Shown here: positions 9,039-18,615 of the stretch, piece after piece
How the letters are laid out: the number at the start of each line of letters is the position of its first letter
Numbering within the stretch: the stretch's first letter is position 1
Origin: Desulfomonilia bacterium
GTDB lineage: Bacteria > Desulfobacterota > Desulfomonilia > UBA1062
DNA length: 64,000 nt
Assembly: GCA_963664325.2 (NCBI GenBank)
Contig: CAXXDQ010000003.1
Location: forward strand, 608,001-672,000
Direction of reading: 5' to 3'
The notes under the pieces: model-generated
Database searches by the model: none
What the model saw: the letters and a program-made list of their open reading frames with translations, nothing else
What the model was told of the DNA's origin: nothing
Position numbers and translations under genes: made by a program

Positions 9039-10178
9039 TTATTCCTTTATTATTTCTCTGGCTATGACAATGCGCTGAATTTCCGAGGTCCCTTCATAAA
9101 TTGTCGTAGCCCGGGCATCCCTGAATAATCTCTCGACCTTGTAGTCTTTTGTATATCCGTAACCTCCATGAACCTGAATCGCCATATAAGCGGCCTTATT
9201 GGCGGTCTCCGATGCAAAGAGCTTTGCCATTGACGCCTCTTTCGTGAATTTAAGCCCCTTGTCCTTGCGGTCGGCGGCCGAGAGTGTAAGCCATGAAGCG
9301 GCTTCAATCCTGGTGGCGGTGTCGGCAATCATGAACTGGATGGCCTGGAACGAACTGAGGGGTTTTCCGAACTGCCGTCTTTCTTTCGTATATGAAACCG
9401 CTTCGTCGAGACAGGCCCTGGCAACCCCCGTCGCCTGGGAGGCAATGCCAATGCGTCCGCTGTCCAGGGCGCTCATGGCGACCTTGAAGCCTTCTCCGGG
9501 ATTCCCGAGCAGGTTTAGTGCCGGAACAACGCAGTCCTCAAATACCAGTTCGACGGTGTTGGATGCCTTCAAGCCGAGTTTTTCTTCCCTCGTGCCGACT
9601 TTGAAGCCGGGCATATCCGGCGTAATGATAAATGCGGATAGCCCCTTCGGCCCTTTGTCCTGACCGGTCCTGGCAATAAGGTTGATTATGTCTGCATACT
9701 CTCCGTGGGTAATGAATACCTTGGTACCGTTTATAATATAATTAGGGCCCTTGAGTTCTGCTTTTGTAGACATACCGCCCGGGTCTGAACCTGCGCCGGG
9801 TTCGGTAAGTGCGAAAGCCCCGAGTTTTAATCCTTCTGCAAGGGCGGTAAGCCATTTTCTTTTCTGTTCTTCGCTGCCGAATTTCAGAAGAGGTTCGGTT
9901 GAAAGGTTGGCAACGGACATGGTGACGGCACTTGATGCACAGGAATATGCTATCTCCTGCAGCGCAAGGCTGTAGGCTACTGCGCCGGCCCCCGAACCCC
10001 CGTATTCCACCGGGACCATCATGCCGAGAAGCCCGAGTTCGCCCATCTTTTTTATGGCCTCTATCGGGAATTTTCCCTGCTTGTCCCAATCGGATGCATT
10101 GGGCTCGAGTTCCTTCCTGGCAAAGTCCCTTGCCATGAGCCTGATCATTGTCTGTTCGCTTGAAAGTTCGAATGCCAT
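9039..10178 (-). CDS. Acyl-CoA dehydrogenase, short-chain type
   Basis: [50 protein letters not shown]. Confidence 0.95.
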   Translation of the reverse strand: MAFELSSEQTMIRLMARDFARKELEPNASDWDKQGKFPIEAIKKMGELGLLGMMVPVEYGGSGAGAVAYSLALQEIAYSCASSAVTMSVANLSTEPLLKFGSEEQKRKWLTALAEGLKLGAFALTEPGAGSDPGGMSTKAELKGPNYIINGTKVFITHGEYADIINLIARTGQDKGPKGLSAFIITPDMPGFKVGTREEKLGLKASNTVELVFEDCVVPALNLLGNPGEGFKVAMSALDSGRIGIASQATGVARACLDEAVSYTKERRQFGKPLSSFQAIQFMIADTATRIEAASWLTLSAADRKDKGLKFTKEASMAKLFASETANKAAYMAIQVHGGYGYTKDYKVERLFRDARATTIYEGTSEIQRIVIAREIIKE

Positions 10179-10187
10179 GGCGTTTGC

Positions 10188-10733
10188 TTACGGTATATAC
10201 AGCACTACAAGCAGCTCGGTCTTTTCGTCAGAGGGGTTGCTGAGCGCATGGTGCAGGGCTGAATTGAAATGGATGTGTTCACCCTTTACCAGGTTGCTGA
10301 TATTTCTACCTACAGAGATATTAAGTTTGCCCTTCAGGACATACACGAATTCTTCGCCGTCATGGTGGTATTCCACACCCTTGTGTTCCGTGTTCGGTTC
10401 AATCGTTACGAGATATGCCCCGAGGTGCTTGTCCGAGCCGGATTTTGTTAGCTGAGTGTATGCATATGAACCGGCCCTTATTTTCTGGCTCTTGGCGCGA
10501 TCGGATGCTTTTTTCCCGGCATCGTCCAGGGTTTCCACATCCACCTTGAGAGTCCGGCTTAATTGAAGAACCAGGGCTACAGGAGGAGTTATCTCATCGC
10601 ATTCGACCTTTTCGAGCAGGTCTGCCGGATAGCCTGTTTCATGGGCGAGTTCCTTGATGCTGAGGCCCCTGTCCTCGCGGTAGCATTTCACACTTTGGCC
10701 GAAAGATTTTTTTGTTTCCTTAGCTTTTGCCAT
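10188..10733 (-). CDS. XRE-family transcriptional regulator with a cupin domain
   Basis: N-terminal HTH (GLSIKELAHETG) plus HDGEEFVYVLKG..HFNSALHH. Confidence 0.9.
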   Translation of the reverse strand: MAKAKETKKSFGQSVKCYREDRGLSIKELAHETGYPADLLEKVECDEITPPVALVLQLSRTLKVDVETLDDAGKKASDRAKSQKIRAGSYAYTQLTKSGSDKHLGAYLVTIEPNTEHKGVEYHHDGEEFVYVLKGKLNISVGRNISNLVKGEHIHFNSALHHALSNPSDEKTELLVVLYIP

Positions 10734-10747
10734 TGTCCGTTTTCCTT

Positions 10748-11563
10748 CTAAAATTTTGGTTTTCGCTTTTCCAGCATTGCGGTTATGGTTTCCTTGAGGT
10801 CGTCCGAGGGGAGTATCATGGAACTTCTGGCTGCGACATATTCAAGGCCGTCGGCTATGCTCTTGCCCCGGCAGAAATTCAGGACGTCCTTGGCGCTCTG
10901 AACGGCTAGCGGTGAACATGAGGCAATCTCGAGCGCCAGTTCTCTGGCAGCTGCGAGCAGGGATTCCTTGTCCGGGTAGACATCGTTGACAAGGTGCATT
11001 TCACGGGCGCGCGCCGCATCAAAATATTTCGCCGTATAGGTGAGCTCGCGTGTATATCCCTGGCCGATTATATGGGGGAGCCTCTGAAGGCTTCCGACGT
11101 CCGCCACTATCGCAACGGCAGCTTCACGCACGGACATCTTTGCATCGGCCGAGGCGAGCCTGATATCGCATGCGCTTGCCATATCGAGAGCAGCGCCTAT
11201 ACAATAGCCGTGCATTGCGCATATAACCGGCTTGCTGCACTTTTCAATACAGCTCATGGTGTCCTGCAGCGGGAAGATGCTCTTGAAGAGCTTGACCTTT
11301 GTAGCGGGTTTCATGTCCCAGTCATTCAGGCCGGGGATTTCGTTTCCCATGGCCACGAGGTCAATGCCAGCCGTAAAGTCTTTGCCTTCGCCTGCAATTA
11401 TGACGCATCGGATTGAGTCGTCCTTGTCCATATCGTCAAAAATGGGGATTATTTCCCTCCAGGCGGCGGGGCCCATGGCATTCTTCTTTTCGGGCCTGTT
11501 CAGGTATACCCACGCAATCGGGGCTTCTTTGATGATTTTGTAGAAAGTATAGTCTTCACTCAT
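10748..11563 (-). CDS. Crotonase / enoyl-CoA hydratase family protein
   Basis: LNRPEKKNAM, FTAGIDL, KPVICAMHGYCIG, ADVGSLQRLP. Confidence 0.92.
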   Translation of the reverse strand: MSEDYTFYKIIKEAPIAWVYLNRPEKKNAMGPAAWREIIPIFDDMDKDDSIRCVIIAGEGKDFTAGIDLVAMGNEIPGLNDWDMKPATKVKLFKSIFPLQDTMSCIEKCSKPVICAMHGYCIGAALDMASACDIRLASADAKMSVREAAVAIVADVGSLQRLPHIIGQGYTRELTYTAKYFDAARAREMHLVNDVYPDKESLLAAARELALEIASCSPLAVQSAKDVLNFCRGKSIADGLEYVAARSSMILPSDDLKETITAMLEKRKPKF

Positions 11564-11678
11564 GGCAACCTCCTGAAATTCGAGTCAACAAATTAAGGCG
11601 AGAAATCGTATTTGTCAAAAGGAAAAGAAATTGCGAAAATTGCATGCAATAAATAAGATAATATGCTATGATTGTTCC

Positions 11679-12812
11679 ATGAGAAAAGACATGGAGCATA
11701 TATTCGAACCATATCCGATGAAAGGCGTGTCTGTCCGGAACAGGCTTGTTGCGCAGGCGATGGAGATCAATTCGGCAGGTGCGGGCGGAAGTGTGAGTGA
11801 GAAGATTGTCGACCGCTACAAAAAGCTTGCGCTGGGCAAATGGGGGATCGTTTTTGTCGAAGCGGTATCCGTCACCCCTGTTTCGCTTGCCAGAAAAAAC
11901 GGGCTTGTCATGTCAGAAAAAAATTTAAGCGGTTTCAAGAGACTTGTTCATGAATTCAAGAGATATGATGAAAAGGCCCTTATAATGTTTCAGCTCACGC
12001 ATGCCGGACGCGTCGCCTGTGATTATTCCAGAAAGGCGTGTATCTACAGCGAAGGCAACCAGGACATCGTCCAGCTGACATCAGCTGAACTGGACAGGAT
12101 CAGGGAGGACTTTGTCGGGGCCTGCAAACTTGCTCATGACGCCGGTGCAGACGGTGTAGACATAAAGGCATGTCACGGCTACCTGCTTGGCGAAATGCTC
12201 AGGCCTGCCAATACGCGGTGTGATGTTTATGGCGGGAATGCTGAAAACCGTGCAAGACTTATCTGTGATATAATAAAAGATGTGAAACGCAGTTACCCGG
12301 GTCTCATTATCGGGTCCCGCATTTCTTTTTATGAGGGCATACGGGGCGGATGCGGCACGGCATCGGCAAATGAAGTGGTCGAGGACCCGGCTGACATTCT
12401 TGGAACAACGGGCCGTATTGTCAGGGCCGGGGCCGATTATATCAATGTCTCTGCAGGCATTCCTTCCGTGACCCCAAAGCTTACGCGCCCGGGTGAAGAC
12501 GGTATCTTCAACATGTACTCTCATTTCAGATACGCCAGGGAGATTAAGGACCATATCCCAGGTACAACCGTAATCGGCTCCGCATATTCGGCAGGCTTGA
12601 AGGCATCCGCCGGGTTCGCTGACGAAAACATCGGAAAGTGTTATGTCGACCTGGCGGGATTCGGCCGGCAGAACCTCGCCGATCCGCTTTTTCCGCTCAA
12701 GCTTGAAGAGGACCCCGGTTCGATCAGATGGTGCAGACTGTGCGGCGGGTGCTCGAAACTGCTGAAAGCGATGAAGAACGTAGCCTGCACGCTTGACAGG
12801 GAGGCCTCATGA
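11679..12812 (+). CDS. NADH:flavin oxidoreductase (Old Yellow Enzyme-like)
   Basis: NRLVAQAME, QLTHAGR, GADGVDIKACHGYLL, YGGNAENRAR, C-terminal CxxCxxC. Confidence 0.88.
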   Translation: MRKDMEHIFEPYPMKGVSVRNRLVAQAMEINSAGAGGSVSEKIVDRYKKLALGKWGIVFVEAVSVTPVSLARKNGLVMSEKNLSGFKRLVHEFKRYDEKALIMFQLTHAGRVACDYSRKACIYSEGNQDIVQLTSAELDRIREDFVGACKLAHDAGADGVDIKACHGYLLGEMLRPANTRCDVYGGNAENRARLICDIIKDVKRSYPGLIIGSRISFYEGIRGGCGTASANEVVEDPADILGTTGRIVRAGADYINVSAGIPSVTPKLTRPGEDGIFNMYSHFRYAREIKDHIPGTTVIGSAYSAGLKASAGFADENIGKCYVDLAGFGRQNLADPLFPLKLEEDPGSIRWCRLCGGCSKLLKAMKNVACTLDREAS

Positions 12813-13789
12813 AAGGGCGTCCGGCATCGACACTCGCGGATATTGCGGCAAGATGCGGCGTGTCGGCCAGCACCGTTTCGCGGGTTTTGAACAATGCTCC
12901 GGGAATTTCGCGCGATGTCCGTCAGAAAGTGCTTGAATCAGCTCAGGAAAATAATTTTTCTCACAAAAGACGCAGGCGGCACATGAGCCGGACACAACTC
13001 AGGCTCGTTGTTGTTATCCCGGAAAAGTCTGAGACCTTAACAAACCCTTTTTTCACCATAGCCGATCTGATAGCCTCAATAAACAGCGTGTTTGACGGTA
13101 TCTGGAAGACACTTGAGGTTGTGAGCTATCAGGAGCTCTCGGATGCCATACTCAAAAAAGACATACATGCCGATGGAGTGATATTTGCCTTTGGCTCCGC
13201 ACGGAAACCTTTTCTGGAAAAACTTGAGCAGAAAGGTGTTCCGTATGTTTTTTTAAACAGGGGGGAAGGAAATTATGTTTCATGCAACAATTTCAAGGGC
13301 ATGCTCAAGATGGCCGAATACCTGATGTCAAAAGGAAAAAGGGCGATAGGCTATCTGGGATACCCCGACAATCCCGTCAACATGGACAGGCTCAGGGGAT
13401 ATTCCACTGCAATGACTGAATCAGGGCTTTTCAGGGGGGAACTGATCAGGAATGCCCACGGGGTCGATGGAATAAGTGGTGACGATGCAGTATTTTTTCT
13501 TAAAAACTGCGATGCCGTGATGTGCTTTAACGATAATTTTTCAATCAGGCTCATCGGCGAGATAAACAGGCTCGGGAAATCAGTGCCTGAAAAGATTTCG
13601 GTTACGGGTTTTGACGATTCGCCTATGAGGAGGCTTTTCAGGCCGCTAATAACGACCGTAAGCCTGTCTACTTATGAAATGGGTTTTTATGCCGCCAGAT
13701 GGCTCAAGGATAACATTGTCCACAAGACTAACAGGACATTGAGGCTTGAAGTTGAAGGAGAACTGCTTGAAGGTGAAACAGTGAAATAA
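12809..13789 (+). CDS. LacI-family transcriptional regulator
   Basis: TLADIAARCGVSASTVSRVLN HTH; ISVTGFDD..P.ITTV. Confidence 0.95.
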   Translation: MKGRPASTLADIAARCGVSASTVSRVLNNAPGISRDVRQKVLESAQENNFSHKRRRRHMSRTQLRLVVVIPEKSETLTNPFFTIADLIASINSVFDGIWKTLEVVSYQELSDAILKKDIHADGVIFAFGSARKPFLEKLEQKGVPYVFLNRGEGNYVSCNNFKGMLKMAEYLMSKGKRAIGYLGYPDNPVNMDRLRGYSTAMTESGLFRGELIRNAHGVDGISGDDAVFFLKNCDAVMCFNDNFSIRLIGEINRLGKSVPEKISVTGFDDSPMRRLFRPLITTVSLSTYEMGFYAARWLKDNIVHKTNRTLRLEVEGELLEGETVK

Positions 13790-13827
13790 TAATGGTGGGA
13801 AAACGAATTATTCATGGAGCGTGAAGG

Positions 13828-14586
13828 ATGGGTAAAAAGAAGACAGCACTCGTAACCGGTTCAACGGCCGGAATCGGAAAAGCGATCGCATTAATGCTAG
13901 CAGGACTTGGCTGTCATGTTCTGATAAACGGCAGGCGGGAGGCATCGGAGGTAAGGCAGCTGATTTCAGAAATAAAAGCCCTTTCAAAAAGCTGCACCTA
14001 TATTAATGGTGACATATCCCATAAAGAGACAAGGGATAGAATTATTGATATTGTAGATTCCATGGGCGGGCTTGATATCCTGGTTAACAACGCAGGGATA
14101 TCCACTCGGTCCAGGAAGGATATATTGAACCTTGAAGAGCGGGACATAATGGAAGTCTTCAAGGTGAACCTCATTGCCCCGATGCTTCTGACATCAGCCC
14201 TTGTGCCTTTCATGCAAAGGGGCAAGGACCGGTCCTATATAATAAATATTTCATCCATATCCTCATACACCGCCAGTACGAACAGGGCGGATTACTGCAT
14301 CAGCAAGGCCGGACTCTCCATGATGACCGGACTCTTTGCCGCCCGGCTTTCAGAGGACAATATAGGCGTTTTTGAGATAAGACCCGGCATAATTTCCACC
14401 GACATGACTGCGCCAGTAAAAGAAAAATATGACAAATTCATTGCAGGGAGGGGGCTGCCCATGCCCAGGTGGGGACAGCCTAAGGATATTGCAAAGGCCG
14501 TAGAAGCTGTCGTGCTCGGGTATTTCCCGTATTCAACCGGGGAAGCAATAAACGTGGACGGCGGTTTTCATATCAGGAGACTGTAA
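13828..14586 (+). CDS. SDR oxidoreductase (3-ketoacyl-ACP reductase-like subfamily)
   Basis: TGSTAGIG, LVNNAGI, YCISKAG, EIRPGII.TDMT, VDGGF. Confidence 0.9.
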   Translation: MGKKKTALVTGSTAGIGKAIALMLAGLGCHVLINGRREASEVRQLISEIKALSKSCTYINGDISHKETRDRIIDIVDSMGGLDILVNNAGISTRSRKDILNLEERDIMEVFKVNLIAPMLLTSALVPFMQRGKDRSYIINISSISSYTASTNRADYCISKAGLSMMTGLFAARLSEDNIGVFEIRPGIISTDMTAPVKEKYDKFIAGRGLPMPRWGQPKDIAKAVEAVVLGYFPYSTGEAINVDGGFHIRRL

Positions 14587-14615
14587 TAATAAGGAGACAG
14601 TATCCAGGAGACAGG

Positions 14616-16763
14616 ATGAAGGAAAAAAGCAAATCAAATACTGCAGCGGGAAGAAAAACCACTATGCTCAATGACAGGTTTTTTTCTGCTTCACCACTCA
14701 CTACTGACCACTCGCCACTTTTTTATAAAGTCGCCATAATCGGCTCTGGCACCGCCTCTCTCAATGCGGCAGTGCAGCTTAAAAGACTGGGAATTGATGA
14801 CGTGGTCATTGTGACCGAAGGCGTATATCTGGGAACATCTGCAAACACAGGCTCGGACAAGCAGACATACTACAGGCTCAACCCGTGCGCGCCCGATGGC
14901 GACAGCGCATACAAAATGGCGCAGGACCTTATCGCGGGTGGCTCGATGCACGGAGATACCGCACTGATCGAGGCGGCCCTTTCAAGTGAATGCTTCGCCC
15001 ATCTATGCCGGCTCGGTGTGGCATTTCCTTTCAATGAATACGGTATGTACACGGGCTACAGAACAGACCATGATATTGCCGGCAGGGCGACTTCCGCCGG
15101 ACCGAAAACATCCATCATGATGCATGAAAAACTTCTGAACGAAGTAAAACGCCTTAACATCACCATTCTCGATGGGATGGAGGTTGTAAAAATACTTACA
15201 GATAATGACAGATTCGACCTCCCCCATCCCCCTCCTGTCCAGGAGGAGGCTAATCATTTATCGAATCCGCATATGTGCGGATTCGATAAATCTGTGGCCC
15301 TGTTTCCCTTGAGGGAAAGAGGGGTGGGAGATAGGGAGAATTTTGTACGGGGTGTTATTGCTTTAGACAGCAGGGATAGCCTGCAGGTTATACTGGCTGA
15401 TTATGTGGTCTGGGGGACAGGGGGGCCTGCGGCATTGTATGCTGACAGTGTATATCCAAGGGAGCAGGCCGGTTCGCTTGGTGTTGCGCTTATGGCGGGG
15501 GCAAGGGCGTGCAACCTTACTGAGAGCCAGTTCGGGATTGCATCGGTGAATCCGAGATGGAACCTGTCCGGAAGTTTTCAGCAGGTATTGCCGGATTACT
15601 TTTCATGCAATCCGGACGGAACGGAAGTAAAGCATTTCTTGGTACCGTATTTCAATGATTGGCAGACAATGTGCAGGATGATCTTTCTGAAGGGATATGA
15701 ATGGCCTTTTGATGTCAGAAAGGTTTCCGGATCTTCTTTGATTGACCTCCTTGTTTACAGGGAGAGGGTGGAGCTTGGGAGAAAGGTCTATATGGATTTC
15801 ACCTGCAACCCGCGCTATCCTGGAAGCAGGTTTTCGATAAAAGGGCTGCCGGAAATTGCAAAGGGCTATCTTGAAAAATCAGGGGCTGTTGGAGAAACAC
15901 CGGTAAAGCGTCTGATTAAGATGAACAAGGCTGCATATGAGCTTTATCTTTCGAAGGGAGTTGACCTCAAGAAAGAATCCATTGAGATAGCAGTATGCAA
16001 CCAGCATTTAAACGGTGGACTTGCCGTCGATAAATGGTGGGAAACCAGTATAAAAAATCTCTTTGCTGTCGGGGAGGCGGCCGGGACGCACGGCATATAC
16101 CGCCCGGGCGGCAGTGCGCTTAACGCCGGGCAGGTGGGCGGGTTGAGGGCGGCCCAGTGCATTGCGCACAGGATAAAAACTGCAAAAAAAACCACCAGGG
16201 AAAGCATTATCCTGAAAGATGAAATATTTGCGGTTTCGGAAGGTGCCGTTAAATCAGGCAGGCGGTTAAATCCTCTTGATGAAAGGCTGAAAATTCAAAA
16301 GAGGGCATCAGCGACGCTGGGCATAACAAGATGCATTGCCGGAACCAGGAAGGCCATGGCTGAGAACATGAAGCAGCTTCGGAAACACCTTTCATCAGGA
16401 GCCGCAGATTGTCCGGAATTGAGGGCATGGCTTAAAAATATAGACCTTCTCATAACCGAAAGGGCCATGCTTGACGCATCGGGAAAGCTGCTTGAAAGCC
16501 TGAAGCAAAGCAGGGGATCGTTCATCTGCCGGAAAAACTCGGATATGGATTTACTGCATACTGGGTATATCCGGGCAGCAGAAAATTCCAGGGGAGGATT
16601 ACGGGACAGCAAGGTTCTGACTGATATGGTTATCGAGACGTGGATTGACAAAAAAGGAAATGCGCACAGTGAATTCGTTCCTGTCAGGCCTCTGCCCAGG
16701 CCTGACGACTGGTTCGAAACAGTCTGGGCAAAATATGTGAAAGGGGAGGTGTTTGGGTCATGA
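14616..16763 (+). CDS. FAD-binding oxidoreductase (SdhA/FrdA/NadB flavoprotein-like) with an in-frame palindromic insert
   Basis: VAIIGSG, GTSANTGSDKQ, GTGGPA, QHLNGGL, LFAVGEAAGTHG.YRPGGSAL. Confidence 0.85.
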   Translation: MKEKSKSNTAAGRKTTMLNDRFFSASPLTTDHSPLFYKVAIIGSGTASLNAAVQLKRLGIDDVVIVTEGVYLGTSANTGSDKQTYYRLNPCAPDGDSAYKMAQDLIAGGSMHGDTALIEAALSSECFAHLCRLGVAFPFNEYGMYTGYRTDHDIAGRATSAGPKTSIMMHEKLLNEVKRLNITILDGMEVVKILTDNDRFDLPHPPPVQEEANHLSNPHMCGFDKSVALFPLRERGVGDRENFVRGVIALDSRDSLQVILADYVVWGTGGPAALYADSVYPREQAGSLGVALMAGARACNLTESQFGIASVNPRWNLSGSFQQVLPDYFSCNPDGTEVKHFLVPYFNDWQTMCRMIFLKGYEWPFDVRKVSGSSLIDLLVYRERVELGRKVYMDFTCNPRYPGSRFSIKGLPEIAKGYLEKSGAVGETPVKRLIKMNKAAYELYLSKGVDLKKESIEIAVCNQHLNGGLAVDKWWETSIKNLFAVGEAAGTHGIYRPGGSALNAGQVGGLRAAQCIAHRIKTAKKTTRESIILKDEIFAVSEGAVKSGRRLNPLDERLKIQKRASATLGITRCIAGTRKAMAENMKQLRKHLSSGAADCPELRAWLKNIDLLITERAMLDASGKLLESLKQSRGSFICRKNSDMDLLHTGYIRAAENSRGGLRDSKVLTDMVIETWIDKKGNAHSEFVPVRPLPRPDDWFETVWAKYVKGEVFGS
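14691..14718. repeat. Heptamer tandem repeat (TCACCAC-like x4) in the 5' part of the FAD oxidoreductase ORF
   Basis: tcaccac tcactac tgaccac tcgccac. Confidence 0.7.
15217..15337. repeat. REP-like nested palindrome inside a coding region
   Basis: Perfect 16-bp arms ATTTATCGAATCCGCA-tatg-TGCGGATTCGATAAAT (15256-15291), flanked by C-rich and G-rich outer arms. Confidence 0.8.
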
Positions 16764-17362
16764 AAAAACATGTTCTTCTGATCTCGGCAGGAGTTGTTCA
16801 TCCGAGCATATTTGCGAGAAAAATGCTTTATGAGATTGTCTCCGGGACTTTCACCGTCATACGGACATCTTCGATTGAAGGAGCAAGCATATTAAGGCGG
16901 GGCATGTTCGATGCAGCCCTTATTTACCTTCACAGGCAGAAAATAACCGATGAAGCGCTCTCTGCCATGGAAAGCTTTGTTGCTCATGGCGGAGGACTTA
17001 TGGGCATACACTCGGCAACGGCTTCATTCAAACAGTCCAAAGGCTGGTTCAACCTCATGGGCGGCCGTTTCGTTTCCCACGACGAGATATTCGAGTTCAA
17101 ATCAACATCGGCCGGTTCTGAAATATTTACACCAGGGTCGTTTACGGTTAAGGACGAGCTTTATATCCATGAGATAAGGCCCGGAGTATCAGTATCCTAC
17201 TCGACCGAGAAAGAAGGCAGGGCCGTACCTGTCGTCTGGACCCAGAATTACGGAAAAGGCAGGGTGTGCTATATCGAGCCGGGCCATGTCGCTGCTTCAT
17301 TAGAGGTCCCGGAGGTGGCGAAAATCATAAAGGAAGGGCTTTCATGGGTTTGCGGAGGATGA
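16760..17362 (+). CDS. ThuA-like domain protein
   Basis: GGGLMGIHSA, GGRFVSH, DELY, PVVW...YGKGRVCY..PGH. Confidence 0.88.
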   Translation: MKKHVLLISAGVVHPSIFARKMLYEIVSGTFTVIRTSSIEGASILRRGMFDAALIYLHRQKITDEALSAMESFVAHGGGLMGIHSATASFKQSKGWFNLMGGRFVSHDEIFEFKSTSAGSEIFTPGSFTVKDELYIHEIRPGVSVSYSTEKEGRAVPVVWTQNYGKGRVCYIEPGHVAASLEVPEVAKIIKEGLSWVCGG

Positions 17363-17363
17363 G

Positions 17364-18392
17364 ATGAAGAAAATGAGGGTTGCGATTGTCGGGTGCGGTG
17401 ATATAGCCCGTTTTACCGCGATTGGTTTTATTATTAATAAAGGCATCAGTACGGTTGCCTGTGTCGATAAGAATATTGACAGGGCGAAGTCTTTCAGCCG
17501 CTGGTTCATGATACCCAAATATTTCGGAGACTATTCAGAAATGCTTGATAAGATCGAGCCTGATGCCGTCTATCTGGCTGTACCCCATATATTGCATGAG
17601 CCCATGATAAAAAAGGCCCTGGAAAAAGGTCTTCATGTGTTTTGCGAAAAGCCCGTGACGACAAAAATGGATGATGCAATCGAGGTCTGCAGTTTTGCAG
17701 AAAAAACCGGGCTCAAGGTCGGCATCAACTACCAGTACCGTTATGACAAGAGCTGTTATGCCATGGCCCAGGCTGCACATTCAGGACAACTCGGTGAAAT
17801 CCTGTACGGCCGCTGTAATGTCCCCTGGCACAGGACGGAAAAATATTTTTCATGCTCACCCTGGCATAAAAGCCTTGAAGCCTCGGGCGGAGGGACGCTG
17901 CTGACACAGGGAAGCCATGCGCTGGACGTACTGCTGTGGACATGCGGCAAGGCCCCCCTCAGGGCGACCGGGTTGACAGCCAGAAAATGCTTCAGGGATG
18001 TGGAAGTGGAAGACCTCGCCATGGCCATGATCGAGCTTGAAGACGGGGTGCTCATCCAGGCGGTTTCATCCATGGCTGCAGCTACGGAGCAGAAGGTTAC
18101 TATTGAAGTCTACGGCAGCAAGGCGACTGCCCTTTATTCAGGTTTTTCATCGCCTGAAGTGAGGTTTATAGGTTCGAAGCCTCCCCATTATCAGGTTCCG
18201 GCCAAAGGTCTTCATGCACTGTTCCGGAGCATCGAAGGTTTCAGGGCATGGGTTATGGAAGATAAACCTTTCCTGACCCCTGCCTCCCAGTCTCTTGCTG
18301 TTCTCGCTGCAATAGAAGCGGTCTACAGATCTGCTGCAACAGGCAAAACCGTGGAAACGGACACGGGATATCTTAAAATGTTGAATGGATGA
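17364..18392 (+). CDS. Gfo/Idh/MocA-family oxidoreductase
   Basis: VAIVGCGDIA, HVFCEKP, GGGTLLTQGSHALD, VEVED. Confidence 0.92.
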   Translation: MKKMRVAIVGCGDIARFTAIGFIINKGISTVACVDKNIDRAKSFSRWFMIPKYFGDYSEMLDKIEPDAVYLAVPHILHEPMIKKALEKGLHVFCEKPVTTKMDDAIEVCSFAEKTGLKVGINYQYRYDKSCYAMAQAAHSGQLGEILYGRCNVPWHRTEKYFSCSPWHKSLEASGGGTLLTQGSHALDVLLWTCGKAPLRATGLTARKCFRDVEVEDLAMAMIELEDGVLIQAVSSMAAATEQKVTIEVYGSKATALYSGFSSPEVRFIGSKPPHYQVPAKGLHALFRSIEGFRAWVMEDKPFLTPASQSLAVLAAIEAVYRSAATGKTVETDTGYLKMLNG

Positions 18393-18615
18393 AAGTATAT
18401 ATGGCGAAATAATTTCATAAATCAGGAAAGAAAATTGCCTGGATCGTGAAGGGAATGCATCAAACATGAAATGCATGTAACTCTGCCGGGCGTACATATG
18501 CGACAATAAAGGATTTTCAGATATAGTGTAAAGTACCGACGGGAAGTGTATAAGGGCATGGATGTTGCAAAAAAAATTATTAAGGACAAATGCGCGGTTT
18601 ATCTGGAGGTTTTAT

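Noticed and set aside
11625-11655. LacI operator upstream of the oxidoreductase cluster
   Set aside because: Only a weak palindrome (TGCGAAAATTGCA) without the central CG, and no convincing second copy.
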